Source: Octopus vulgaris (lineage: Eukaryota). From it: 64,000 nt of DNA. This document shows, piece by piece, positions 28,701 through 41,220 of this stretch. The notes under the pieces were generated by a model. The model had not been told where the DNA came from, made no database searches, and worked only from the letters and a program-made list of their open reading frames with translations. Position 1 is the first letter of the stretch; each line of letters begins with the position of its first letter. The DNA lies in assembly GCA_951406725.2 (NCBI GenBank), contig OX597817.1, positions 135,780,001 to 135,844,000 on the forward strand, read 5' to 3'. The position numbers and the translations under genes are program-made.

Positions 28701-29179
28701 ATTACTGACGTTTTTTTATTACTTTTTATGTTTTTCTTTGTGTTCTTTTACAATGGTAAACTTTTTACCCTCTCAGCATCTTATATGTTTTTATTCTTAT
28801 TGTTTCTACTCTTTTTCTTATCTCCGTATTTCTACAGGCATTATAGTTACTTAAAGACGACAATTGACGACAAGAGACATTCTTTGACTAAAAGCCGATC
28901 AACAGCGTCAAACAGGTCATAAATGATTTATTTCAGAGACGCTAACGTACACACTCTAACCACTACCATTTGTATAGAATGAATTGATGGTGTAGTAGAA
29001 ACACTGCCTGATTGGCTGCGTTCCTAATTAAAACCCTCTCCTATTAAGTTGAACTCTTCAAGATATTCCACCGGATCGAATTCTTCGCAGATTGATTTTG
29101 TCTGCCAACAGTTTATTGTCACCCTATAAAATCGCTGTTGTGTGTGTGTATGTATGTATATCTGTGTATATGTGTGTAT

Positions 29180-29430
29180 GTGTGTCCCATATTGCAAAGA
29201 AATATATTCTGGCGAAACCAACTATTCCCTTTACCACTGTGTAAGAATCCACGTACAACACATAAGGCAAAGAGAATTACGTAATATGCAGCTGAGTAAG
29301 CACCTGGAAATATGTGGAAACAGCAGATTCATGCTCTTTCCTTCTACGAATGCCCAAGAGATGATCCAAAGTCCTGGAAGGCAATGAAACTATGTTTTAT
29401 CAAGATATTCTTACCTAAATTAATCGTACA
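29180..29430 (+). mobile_element. Penelope-like GIY-YIG fragment
   Basis: PYCKEIYSGETNYSL..RIHVQHI..LSKHLEICG..FYEC..FIKIFLPKL. Confidence 0.75.
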
Positions 29431-29531
29431 TAAAAGCAAAATTATATTTATGAACACACAAGAAATCCTTATTAAGATGTTCTCATTACTGTTTATAAAA
29501 TAACTGAAAAATTCATGTAAGCAACCAACAC

Positions 29532-29603
<72 letters not shown>

Positions 29604-29773
29604 CACACGCACGCACACACATTTAATAACATTCCAAAACAATTTTGATAGAGTCTAATTTCTTCAGCTGGATAACATGGCAATTGACAAAAAATAACCA
29701 ATCCTCCAAAAATTCCCCATACACATACTCACACCCACATGCACACAAACAACAACAAAAAATATATATATAA

Positions 29774-30099
29774 TGTGGAACTCGGTCAGTTACGACGACG
29801 AGGGTACCAGATGATACGATCAACGGAACACCCTGCTCGTGAAATTAACGTGCAAGTGGCTGAGCACTCCAGAGACACGTGTATCATTAACGTAGTTCCC
29901 AGGGAGATTCAGCGTGACACAGAGTGTGACAGGGATGGCCCCTTTGAAATACAGGTACTACTAATTTTTGCCAGCTGATTGGACTGGAGTAACGTAAAAT
30001 AAAGTGTCTTGCTCAAGGACACAATGCATCGCCGGGAATCGAACTCACGACTTTACGATCGTGAGCAGAATGCCCTAACCACTAAGCCACGCACCTTCA
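29774..30099 (-). mobile_element. SINE family D
   Basis: tRNA head (tggcttagtggttaggg..gagttcgattccc), CORE-like tgtccttgagcaagacactt, family-A tail. Confidence 0.85.
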
Positions 30100-30536
30100 C
30101 ATGTTAATTGAGAATGGACTAAGCAAAACAAGGGGAAACACGCGGATTAAAAGTTGCTGAAGAGGTCATAGAACGTAAGAGGTCTTTCCAAATTTGACGA
30201 AGAAACTAAAATGATAATAATAAATCTGAAGTAAAGACAAACTGTGCGTGGGTTTAAAATATGACCATCCACATGTATAATGTGTGTGCATGTGTGTGTG
30301 TGTGTAATAATAAAGCCAAACCAAATAGTGATATTTTGAAATCCTTTAATATGTACGTTTTAAGTTTACGTATTATATAGCAGGAAATGCATCCATTACG
30401 TAAGCTTTCCTCAGTTCAAAATATGAACCGTTTTAACTGAGGGAAGATTGCCTAACGGATGTATTTTCTATTAGATACAACGCAAACCTGAAAGTGCGTA
30501 TTAAATTATTTCAAAATATCATTAATTCACACACAT

Positions 30537-30596
<60 letters not shown>

Positions 30597-30600
<4 letters not shown>

Positions 30601-30825
30601 GGATCACGTGACCGACCAGACCATCAGATGTTGCTACACATCGCTGGTCACAATGCGTTCGCATTGTTTTAGCCTTCGAATGACGCCAACAGAAGGAAGA
30701 GTGAGAGAAAGAGTACAGCAGGGATCACCCCCCGCTGCCGGAGCCTCGTGGAGCTTTTAGGTGTTTTCGCTCAATAAACACGCACAACGCCCGGTCTGGG
30801 AATCGAAACCGCGATCCTACGACCG
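30597..30825 (-). mobile_element. Family-A SINE 5' body joined to a different tail
   Basis: 30688-30825 matches family A; 30597-30687 is unrelated to the A tail and ends in cacgtgat-like repeats. Confidence 0.65.
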
Positions 30826-31246
30826 TGTGTATATATATATATATGTATATGCTTGTATGCATGTTTGTGCGTGTATGTGTGCCTGTAAGTATGAATGTTT
30901 ATTTGCATACACTATTGCACAGAACTTTCTTTGGACATGTTACCAAACAACGGAGCATGCTTTCCAAAAGTCTTTTATTCCACGACTAATCTGATAAAGT
31001 TGCCTTCATTTTGTTCCGCAAAGAGAGATTTCAGTTCTTCCGTGTACTCACTGACACTCCTCCTCCATCACCTCCCCAACTCGTCTGAGACATTAAAATG
31101 TTTTCCTGATAAACACTTGAAGGAAGAAATATCTGTGGAAAAATACTTTTGTCAATGTGGCGGGTAGAATGAGGGATGGGAGAGGATTAAGGGAAAATCA
31201 ATTGATTTATTTACAAGTCAATACACACACACACACACACACACAT

Positions 31247-31288
<42 letters not shown>

Positions 31289-31370
31289 AAAGAGGTTCCC
31301 TTCTTTTTAAACAAGCATGAAGTGCGTTGATGTGTGAACGCGTATATGTGTATACATGGGTATATGTATG

Positions 31371-31463
<93 letters not shown>

Positions 31464-31468
31464 TTATC

Positions 31469-31499
<31 letters not shown>

Positions 31500-31672
31500 C
31501 AAGATAAATTAATTAAATATAGAGATATTCTATTGACATTCCACTAATTTATTTATATTACAATATTACATTAAATGCTATGAATATAATATATAACAAT
31601 ATTATATAACATAAATAATTAGAAAAACCAAAAATGGCCCACAAATTGAAGGATTTCTTTTCCTCAGTTTGT

Positions 31673-31767
<95 letters not shown>

Positions 31768-32355
31768 TATAAATATTATAAATATATATAAATATATAAA
31801 TATATTTGAGCATAAATACGAAATTGTTCACGCATGCCCAGTACAGAAGCTATTTGTACATATACAGTGAGTGTATATATTTACATGTTTGGTTCTATAT
31901 TAATGCTTGCTGTTGCTATGATTTCATTCACTTGACCGTGGCCATACTGGAGCACCACCTTTAACATAAATAATTAACATAAGTACACCTTTCTACAGGC
32001 GCTTACACATGCGCAGACGTTCATGAAACTAAGCAGTAACGCACGCGCACACACACACACACACGCACACACACACACACGCACACACTCCAATCCAGTT
32101 TACTTCCGGTCCGAAGACGACCAAAAGTAATGTTTATACATGACTGAGGGTTGAAACCTCGTTAAAATATTTCCACCTGTTTTGACAGCCCAGATGACAT
32201 CAAACGCCTTTTGTTACGCCCAACACACTTCAACGGAGCCGAAATTAAGAACAGCTTTCAGTCGCAGCAGTGTTGTTTGATGTTACCTATCCTTGGTTTA
32301 TTGTTCGATCTCTTCTCTTGCTTTTGTTGTTGTTGTGGTTATTTTTGTTGCTGTA

Positions 32356-32630
32356 ATGGCGACGAGCTGGTAGAATCGTTGGACAAAATATTTAACGAAA
32401 TTTCATCCGTCTTTACGTTCTGAGTTCAAATTCCGCCGAAGTCGACTTCTCCTTGCATCTTTTCAGACTCGATAAGATAAATACCATCACTAGCGGTGCC
32501 CCAGCATGGCTACAGCCTTAGGGTTGAAATGTATAAAAGTATAAACGAATAAAACAATAAAGTACCGAGGCCGATGTAAACATTTTCCCCTCATAAAATT
32601 GTTGGCCTCGTACCAAAATTTGTAACCATT
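32356..32630 (+). mobile_element. SINE family B interrupted by a short LINE-tail-like fragment (32491-32560)
   Basis: ggcgacgagctggtagaatcg..gagttcaaattccgcc; the insert gcggtgccccagcatggc matches the LINE 3' end at 6870-6888. Confidence 0.75.
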
Positions 32631-32803
32631 ATTTATTCTTGTTTTTATGTGCTTTTGTGTGGGATGAGCGCTCTTCGTTTCATGCACATCTTTTGAAGTA
32701 TTTAACGTTGTGAAAATTGTTACGAGCTTTATGCTTTTCCCATTTAAAAAAAAATCCTGCTTAAATCTCCATTTTTTATTGTCATTTTCACGTTACTAAG
32801 TTC

Positions 32804-33215
32804 CTATTTCTTTATTGCCCACAAGGGGCAAAACATAGAAGGGACAAGCAAGGACAGACAAAGGGATTAAGTAGATTACATCTACCCCAGTGCATAACTA
32901 GTACTTATTTAATCGACCTCGAAAGGATGAAAGGCAAAGTCGACTTCGACGGAATTTAAACTCAGAACGTAAAGACAGACGAAATATCTATTTCTTTTTC
33001 TACCCACAAGGGGCTAAACACAGAGAGGACAAACAAGGACAGACAAACGGATTAAGTCGATTATATCGACCCCAGTGCGTAACTGGTACTTATTTAATCG
33101 ACCTCGTAAGGATGAAAGGCAAAGTCGACCTCAGCGAAATTTGAACTCAGAACGTAGCAGTAGACGAGATACCGCTAAGCATTCATTTCGCCTGGCGTTC
33201 TAACGTTTCTGCCTT
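32804..33215 (-). mobile_element. SINE family B with tandemly duplicated ~185-bp body and ~18-bp TSD
   Basis: Two collinear units; flanks tttcacgttactaa(g/a)ttc. Confidence 0.85.
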
Positions 33216-33267
33216 GTTACTTTCACGTTACTAAATTCAGTTTATATTTTACTTTTACGTTGCTAAA

Positions 33268-34200
33268 TTGAATTTCCAGATCTCTGTACCTCCTTCTGGA
33301 CACTGTCTTCCACAGAAAGTATCGAGATGTCTATCAGTATACAGATATTTTCCATTCCAGCCCTTGGTTATTCTACCCGGACCTTTTGCCTTTCTGCCAA
33401 GTCAGTCTGGACAGGTATGTCCCAGATTCTTGCTGTCCAGTCGTTGCCACGTAACGTGTTTGGTGTTTGTTTGTACCACATCGTATGTGTTTTCACGCCA
33501 AAGTAACTGCGTATTACTAAGTGGCCACCACTGCCGACTCGACCGTATCTGTGGATATGTTCAGAGTTTGCAAGAATTGGGCGACTTTATATGATGCAGT
33601 CAAGCGTCTCAGTTCTATAATCAGCACTTAGCAACCTTTTACAGGATTTTATTTTTGTAATTATTTCTGGCATTTAAATTCAGTCTCCCTGTTTCTGCAT
33701 TTAGTCCAAATATTATGAACCATTGTTGGCTTTCCCTCTTGGTTCACTTCTTGTTCTTCGAGTCTTGCAGAGTATAAGCTATGGTGTGATCTTCTCTCCA
33801 TTATTTCAAATATGTTTTCGCATTCGGTTTTGCATTTCTTTCCAAATTTTAATCCCTTTCTGTTGTTTTGTCATTACGTGATCTGCTTTTGTGTCGTTTC
33901 CAGTTTATAAATTATTGTTTACATTTACGGAGGGTTTTTAAAAAAATACTTTCTTCATAGTTATTGTTTGATCCACTGCTGTTACTTAATAAAAGTTCTC
34001 TATTTGTCTCGTATTCTATTTTATCCAGCTAAAGTATCCAAACCCATTATCTTATTTTTAGTATTGTGCTCTGCCGCGCCTTATTAGTTTCATCCATTTC
34101 TGAATATTTCTATGGGTGATTCTAGTCTAATTATCTGATATTGGTGTTTGTATCTAATTTAATATTCTCAGTTTCAGCTATATATTAGTGCTAATTTTGG
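33268..34200 (-). mobile_element. Decayed Dong/R4-clade LINE, C-terminal zinc-knuckle/RLE region
   Basis: GLNAETG, ETLDCII..PILANSE, WYKQTP, IWDIPVQTD, CILIDIS, YRDLEI. Confidence 0.7.
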
Positions 34201-34215
34201 CACAGTTGTCTAGTC

Positions 34216-34506
34216 CAGGGGTTCTCAACTGTGGCCCATATGACCCCTGGGGCTCCGTGTGACCCTTGGGTGGGGTCCATATAAGATTTTGTTGTTACAG
34301 TTTATGTGCAATAAATTGGTGGTACTGCTACGATGCACAAAACATTTAAACAAATTTCTTATACGATTCCCAACAATATTTAATTATAAAAATGTAAAAG
34401 GTTTTTTTAAAGCCATTCAATGGCTATGAGGGTCCAGGAGAGTAAAGTAAGAATCAAAGGTGAGTGGGGAGGGGATCCATCGGCAAAAAATGGTTGAGGA
34501 CCACTG
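34216..34506. mobile_element. hAT-type MITE
   Basis: Terminal inverted repeats caggggttctcaac / gttgaggaccactg; degenerate 8-bp TSD gtctagtc / acctagta with central CTAG. Confidence 0.8.
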
Positions 34507-34921
34507 ACCTAGTACCACACTCATTTTTACGCCCTGGCTCGATTTATAAACAATTTTTGGAATATCTTCCAATTACGTATTATTATTTACAAACAATTTT
34601 GTCGGCATCTGTTACATCTGGAAAGATGTAACAGACGTCATCGATTTTGACCTGATGAGTCACTCCATCGCTACTCTGAGTTTTTTCACTCTGTTCGATC
34701 CGCCAGGCGATAAAAGATTGACAACTGAACAATCCTGCTCATCAGATAGTAATTTCACATCCACGGCTAGGTTCCCCGTCCATTTTCTGTATAAATAATA
34801 AATAATAAAAAAATAATAAAAATTAGCGGGATACGCCTATATATATATATATATATAGACAACTGAACAATATATATATTTATATATATATATATATATA
34901 TTTTTAGAGAGTTATAGCCAA

Positions 34922-34958
<37 letters not shown>

Positions 34959-34959
34959 C

Positions 34960-35075
34960 TTTTCAAAATTTTCGCTGCGTTAGTTTTGAATTATGACATT
35001 GGGCTATGTGTGTGTCAAGTTTCATCAGAATCGGTTGAAAGCCGTGGTCAGAGTGAGGTATTACAAACTGCCGTT
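34960..35075 (+). mobile_element. Short non-autonomous Helitron-like fragment
   Basis: gtgtcaagtttcatcagaatcggttgaaagccgtgg resembles, from memory, a motif of invertebrate non-autonomous Helitrons. Confidence 0.35.
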
Positions 35076-35077
35076 TA

Positions 35078-35128
<51 letters not shown>

Positions 35129-35335
35129 CGTATCCCGCTATTATTTTTTATTTTTTTATTATTTATCCAGCCTGTGTCTCCCATACAAAGGATTACCCCC
35201 ACCCCAAGTACTATTTTAAGTTTAGTCTTTTACTTAACGTCCCAAAGCGATACACAAGCAAAATGGTATGATTACAACCATATTCAACTTTTCCTTTTCC
35301 TTCTCTAGGCTTTTCTATTTTTTAAATTTTATTTT

Positions 35336-35451
35336 TCACTCTGATGAAGCTCCATGTTTCAGATCGGTTTTGTTACCAAATATGATAAATACTTTTTAGC
35401 ATATCAATAGCAATACCACACAACATTGGAAACAGAAACGGCTGTTAGATG
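35336..35451 (+). ncRNA. Degenerate hammerhead with long stem II
   Basis: CTGATGA-A-gctccatgt..acattgga..GAAAC-ggct-GTT-aga; stems I and II damaged. Confidence 0.45.
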
Positions 35452-35877
35452 GGATGCAATCTATCTGCATTGACTTAATAAATAATAATTGATGTATGTC
35501 GATTGTTGTTCATCAATTTTTCTCCATTTTATGTTTTCTTTATATAAATTGAGTTTTATATTTAACTTATAGTAGAGTACCATATTAATTTTTATAAGGT
35601 AAATTTTGACAGTGACCTCGAAATTTCAGCTTACTAGCCGTCAAGTCAATGTGTCTGATTTATCCGTGGAAAAATTCATACATAGGTACATGTATACATT
35701 CACACATACAATTATATATGTATGTATAATTGTATGGCTGGATGCAGGTTTCTGCGTATGTATTTAAGAGCAAGTGTGTATATATGCACAGACTGATGAA
35801 CACATTAATGTGTGCAGATTATGAGGACGATGGAAATATAAACTTATATGCTCACGCATATACACACACATACGCGC

Positions 35878-35940
<63 letters not shown>

Positions 35941-36357
35941 CTCTCTCTCTCTCTCTCATTCACACACCACACACTCTCACACACATGCACACACACATGC
36001 ATGCATACACACACCCTCTCTTTCTCTCTCTCACACTCTCTCTCACACATACACACACGCACACACACAAATACACACACCTTCCCTTTCTCTCTCTTTT
36101 ACACACACACTCTCTCACATACACATACACATGCACACACACACACACACACACAAACACTCTCTCTCTCACACACACACATGCACACACTCACACATTC
36201 ATAAATGTATACAGTTGCGTGGGAATAAAAATCTATATATGTTATCATAATTATATGTAACATCAATTTAATTTTATATATGTATGTGCGTGCGTGTGTG
36301 TATGTGTACATATATAAATATATATATTTATGTATGCGTGTGTGTGTGTGTGTGAGA

Positions 36358-36413
<56 letters not shown>

Positions 36414-36601
36414 ATCTATGTACATATGCTTACGTTTGACGTTGGTGTATGTATATGTGTCTTTATTTACACAGGTATATATATGTATGTAGAATAAATT
36501 TTACATACATCCGTGTATACACACTTATTTTGATCTATCCGCTTACCTTTGAAAACTCGCTTGCAGGCAAAGTACACGAATGCTCATACCTACACAAACA
36601 A

Positions 36602-36643
<42 letters not shown>

Positions 36644-37049
36644 TCACAACATTAGTGTACTATAAGCTAGATCTACTCATACACACGTACGTTTACAAAA
36701 GCTACTCGACACACACAAACAATCACGCAAATACACCGACATACATATTATACGAAACTAAGTGAAACCCACTCAGCGTGCCACTCTCTAAATATTGATC
36801 CAGTTGCTATATATATTCCCTATAGCCTCTCTGATGATTATACAAAATATTGGCCGAGTTAGTAGCACTCAGTGAAGTAATTTTCTGAAGCATGGACGTC
36901 TACCTTTTAAATTATTAACAGAAATAATCTCAAGAGATTTACTGGCTTCCAGAAAGCTCTGCTTGCACGAAAATATCGGACGCTGCTTATTGCTCCAAAT
37001 GGTGACTAACAAAACTCTCAAGCATGAGTAACGAACAGGAAGTTACAGA

Positions 37050-38050
37050 CATTCATTACATACATACAATACATATATATACACACATACATACATACAA
37101 ATAAACATACATACGTACGTACAATGCATATATATATATATATGCATACATACGTACAATACATGTATATACATACATATATACATACATACGTACAATA
37201 CATACATACATACATACATACATACATCTATACATATATACGTACATACAATACATACATACGTACAATACATATATATATGCATACATACGTACAATAC
37301 ATATATATACATACATATATACATACGTACAATACATATATATATACATGCATACGTACATACATACGTACAATGCACACATACATGTATCTATACATAC
37401 ATACGTACAGTATATACATATATACAGACATCTACGTACATACATTACATATATACATTACTTACTTACATACATACATACATACATAGGTACAATACAT
37501 ACATACACATATACATACTACATACATACATACACATGCATACGCAAAATGCATACATACGTACAATACATACATACATATATACATACATATATACATA
37601 TATATATACATACATACATACGTACATTACATACGTAATACATATATACATACACATTCACAAATGCAGGTACATATACATGCATACATACATTCTCATA
37701 CATACACTCATACATAGACACGTGCATATACATCCACAAATGCATATACGCATACATACACACATACACACATACAATACATACACCATACATGCACGCA
37801 TACCTACAAACCTACAAACATACATGCATGTATACATACACACGATACATACATATATACACACATAAATTTATACATATACACACATATACACATACAC
37901 ATTTATACACACACACAAATATATATACACACATACACACACTTACAGACAGACATGCATGCACTTTTACTTATAAATACACACAATATATATGCACGCA
38001 ATACATACATACATGCAAACATACATACATGTGCACATAGACACACACAA
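37050..38050. repeat. Degenerate (TACA)/(CGTA) low-complexity array with recurring atacatacgtacaatacat units
   Basis: Seen directly. Confidence 0.9.
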
Positions 38051-38238
38051 TATTACGTCAGCCATTTATACTTCTTATTCAAACTGTTCTGGTCTAGGAA
38101 CGGTGAGTTATAAAGATGTGGTTTCTCCTTGAAAACTTCACTGTTCTGTAACTGTTTTAATGTCTGATCCCCCAATATTTTGTTACCGAGACAAAGCTAG
38201 GCTAGACGAGTCCATCATTCTACGGGCCAGCGATTAAA

Positions 38239-38665
38239 TACAGGTGTTCAAGAAGTTTCTCCGCAGTGAATTTATTTTCATCTTACTCAAATATTGCCTA
38301 TCCATTTGTAGGCCAACTCACTGAAAGTGAAATTAATAATGCATACTTTCAGCAAGATGGAGCCACTGCACATACTTCGCACATTACCATGGTGCTACTT
38401 CAAGAGTTTTTCGGTGAACGGATTATTTCGAAGGGACTTTGGCCGCCAAGATCACCTGGTTTAATACCGCCAGACTTCTTTTCTAGAAGCAAGGATCAGT
38501 GTACAACAATCGCCTGAAAACCATTAATGAGCTAAAAGACGCAGTCATAACCTTCAAACGTTCCATACCGCGTCAGACTCTCCAAGATGTATTTCAAAAC
38601 ATGTGTAGAAGAGTCAACTTATGTATTGAAAACGAAGGACGACACTTTTAACACACTAGAAATGA
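38239..38665 (+). mobile_element. Internally deleted Tc1/mariner-superfamily element (DDxD type)
   Basis: TA-caggtgtt terminus; FQQDGATAH..WPPRSPGLIPPDFF (38 residues between the Asp residues); RRVNLCIENEGRHF. Confidence 0.85.
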
Positions 38666-39019
38666 GATAAAAGGAGAAGAAACAAATCCTACAGATTTCG
38701 TGGTGAGACGGTTTGACATCTATTTTTAGCATACAAGGGATCCATATAGTGATCTCTCATATTGTTTATGTTTAAATAAAATTCACGGTCCTTGGACGTT
38801 TTTAAGTATAATGGCCACTAGTTGAAATTGATATTATTTAATAATACCATTTAATAATATTAATTTCAACTCTTATTAATAAAATAATTCTTTAAAATCA
38901 AAGAGCATGAAATAAGAGATCTTCACTAAATTGTTAGAATCCGTTGGCATGAAATGTGATGGTAATTCCTTGAACAAAACAAACAGTTCGATTCTAAATT
39001 AAAACGATTTTATTAAGAA

Positions 39020-39560
39020 TTAGGTAAGAACAAAATATGAGTGAATGCAGTACCAACAGCAAAAGAAGTGGAAGAATTCCGAGAAGGAGTTTGAACAACA
39101 GACACACCCTAGCAGACGAGAATTTTTAAAACAACCAACACAGCATCTGAACAACTGTGAGAGGCCATATGAATACATAAAGGAGAGTAAGGGCGACAAC
39201 CAGAAACGCATACCGGAAGGTATCGAAAGGTGCTGAGAAACGATAAGATCGCATACTCGAAGTTAAATGTTCACCTGTGGCACATGCGGTGTTAGCAGAG
39301 ATTTTTTTAATGATGAAAGAGCGAAAGATTACACCTGATTGGCTCAGTGGCGGGGCGGGGCGGGGACAGTATCTTAAGAAACAACAAACTCTAAACACTA
39401 AAGATCTCCCCCACTGCTTCCAAATACTTCATTTCAACAAAGAAAATGTAGATAAATATCAGTAAACAACGAGCTGCTTCCAGAAGCTGTCACGAAGGGC
39501 CCAATGGCTTCTAAAGATCAATTGCTGACCAAAAAGCCAGAACTGAAGACTGTAGAACCA
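39020..39560 (+). mobile_element. Decayed Dong/R4 RT N-terminal fragment
   Basis: PTAKEVEEF, HAVLAEIF..PDWLSGG, KGPMASKDQLLTKK. Confidence 0.6.
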
Positions 39561-39714
39561 AAAAGAAGAGTCCAAGTACGAAAACAGTGACTGCCAGAAG
39601 TCTTTTCCCAGTTTCTCCTTTCAATTTAATGTGCGCTTCTCTGTTCATTAATGCAAAGTGTTTTCTATTGTACAATTCTGTCGAGTGTTTTCACTTCGCT
39701 TGTTTATGTTAGTG

Positions 39715-39903
39715 CCACCACCAGCACCAGCATCGCCGCTGCTGCTGCCGCCGCCGCCGCCGCCGCCGCCACCACCACCGCCACCACCACCACCACTGCC
39801 GCCACCACCACCACCACCACCACCACCACCACCACCACCACCACCACCACCACCACCACCACCACCACCACCACCACCACCACCACCACCACCACCACCA
39901 CCA
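39715..39903. repeat. (CCA)n/(CCG)n microsatellite
   Basis: Seen directly. Confidence 0.95.
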
Positions 39904-40191
39904 GGGTGGTGAGTACCACTTCCTGTCATTTCTGAGTCAGCTATCCGACAACGTGTGTAAATATTACAAATGGATATTGTAAAGAAATGCGTAAACAGTT
40001 TCAAATATCTAAACATAAAGCGTTCACGTGCTGCAAGTAATGGGGGCAGACGTTCGAATGTTTTGAAGTCCTTCGGTGAAACCTCCATAAAAATGTGATA
40101 GTCCGACAAGAAAAACGTTGCTGCCAGAGCGCAGCTGAACATAATTCACAGCAAATAACAACAGCACCACAACCAATAACAGTAAAAACAA

Positions 40192-40231
<40 letters not shown>

Positions 40232-40234
40232 AAT

Positions 40235-40432
40235 AATGATTTCATTTATTTGCCACAAGGGTGAAGGATGAGGAGGACAATACAGAGAGAGAGAGAGAGA
40301 CATAAAGTGTTGGGATTTAAATAGAATGAAATGACAAAAAAAAAAATGAAAGAAAGAAAGTATTCATTGGAATACACTGAAATAGAAGGGACACATACAC
40401 AGCATACATAGGTTAAAAAGAATGTAGCGGGG
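40235..40432 (-). mobile_element. ~190-bp dispersed repeat, probable retroposon 3' end
   Basis: Direct homologue at 51823-52008; both end cccttgtg(g/a)ca.ataaatgaaatc followed by a trinucleotide tract. Confidence 0.65.
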
Positions 40433-40529
40433 AGGATGATAGAGAAGTGGCCCTCCTGTTTTTAATGTTACACATTAGCTCACTCTCTGTCTGAATAGGT
40501 ACACGGTATGCCAAGGGGTAGGTGTTGAA

Positions 40530-40652
40530 GTGATTGTTAAGCAACGTGAGGTGAACTGTTTTGCTCAAGAATACAACACATCACTCGGCTTAGGAATTGA
40601 AATCACGATCTAGTGATCGTGAGTGAAACACCCTAACCACAAGGCCATGCGC
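40530..40652 (-). mobile_element. Diverged SINE head (family D-like)
   Basis: gcatggccttgtggttagggtg..ttcaattcc..ttcttgagcaa. Confidence 0.6.
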
Positions 40653-40666
40653 GTAATAATAATAAT

Positions 40667-40738
<72 letters not shown>

Positions 40739-40776
40739 TAATAATAACAATAATAATAATAATAATAATAATAATG

Positions 40777-40820
<44 letters not shown>

Positions 40821-40821
<1 letters not shown>

Positions 40822-41036
40822 TGTCTTAACTGGTACATCACACGTATTGAGAAGAGCATTGTCGACGTGAGAACTGTTGCTGCTCATGTATTTTAATTTA
40901 ACTTAAAAAAAAAAAGAACGAACTATTGAGTTTGGTTTAATGGCCTACCAATGTATACTATGAGTTTCTTTGCCCTAGGGGTCGGGAAGACACTCGGCAA
41001 GAAATGGAAGCAAATTTGAAAGAATAAAAAAAAAAA

Positions 41037-41038
<2 letters not shown>
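40821..41038 (+). mobile_element. Dong/R4 3' end inserted in (TAA)n
   Basis: VLTGTSHVLRRALST* then 3' UTR; (TAA)n on both sides. Confidence 0.75.
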
Positions 41039-41090
<52 letters not shown>

Positions 41091-41127
41091 GTAGTAGTAG
41101 TAGTAGTAGTAGCAAAAAACACAATCA

Positions 41128-41220
41128 CTTAAAATTTGAAATAGGAAAAATTTGGAACATGTGTACAGTAAAGGTTGTGCCTACAATAATTGGTGCATTG
41201 GGAACAGTTAGCAAAGATAA
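41128..41220 (+). mobile_element. Dong/R4 RLE fragment
   Basis: LKFEIGKIWNMCTVKVVPTIIGALGTVSK. Confidence 0.75.
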
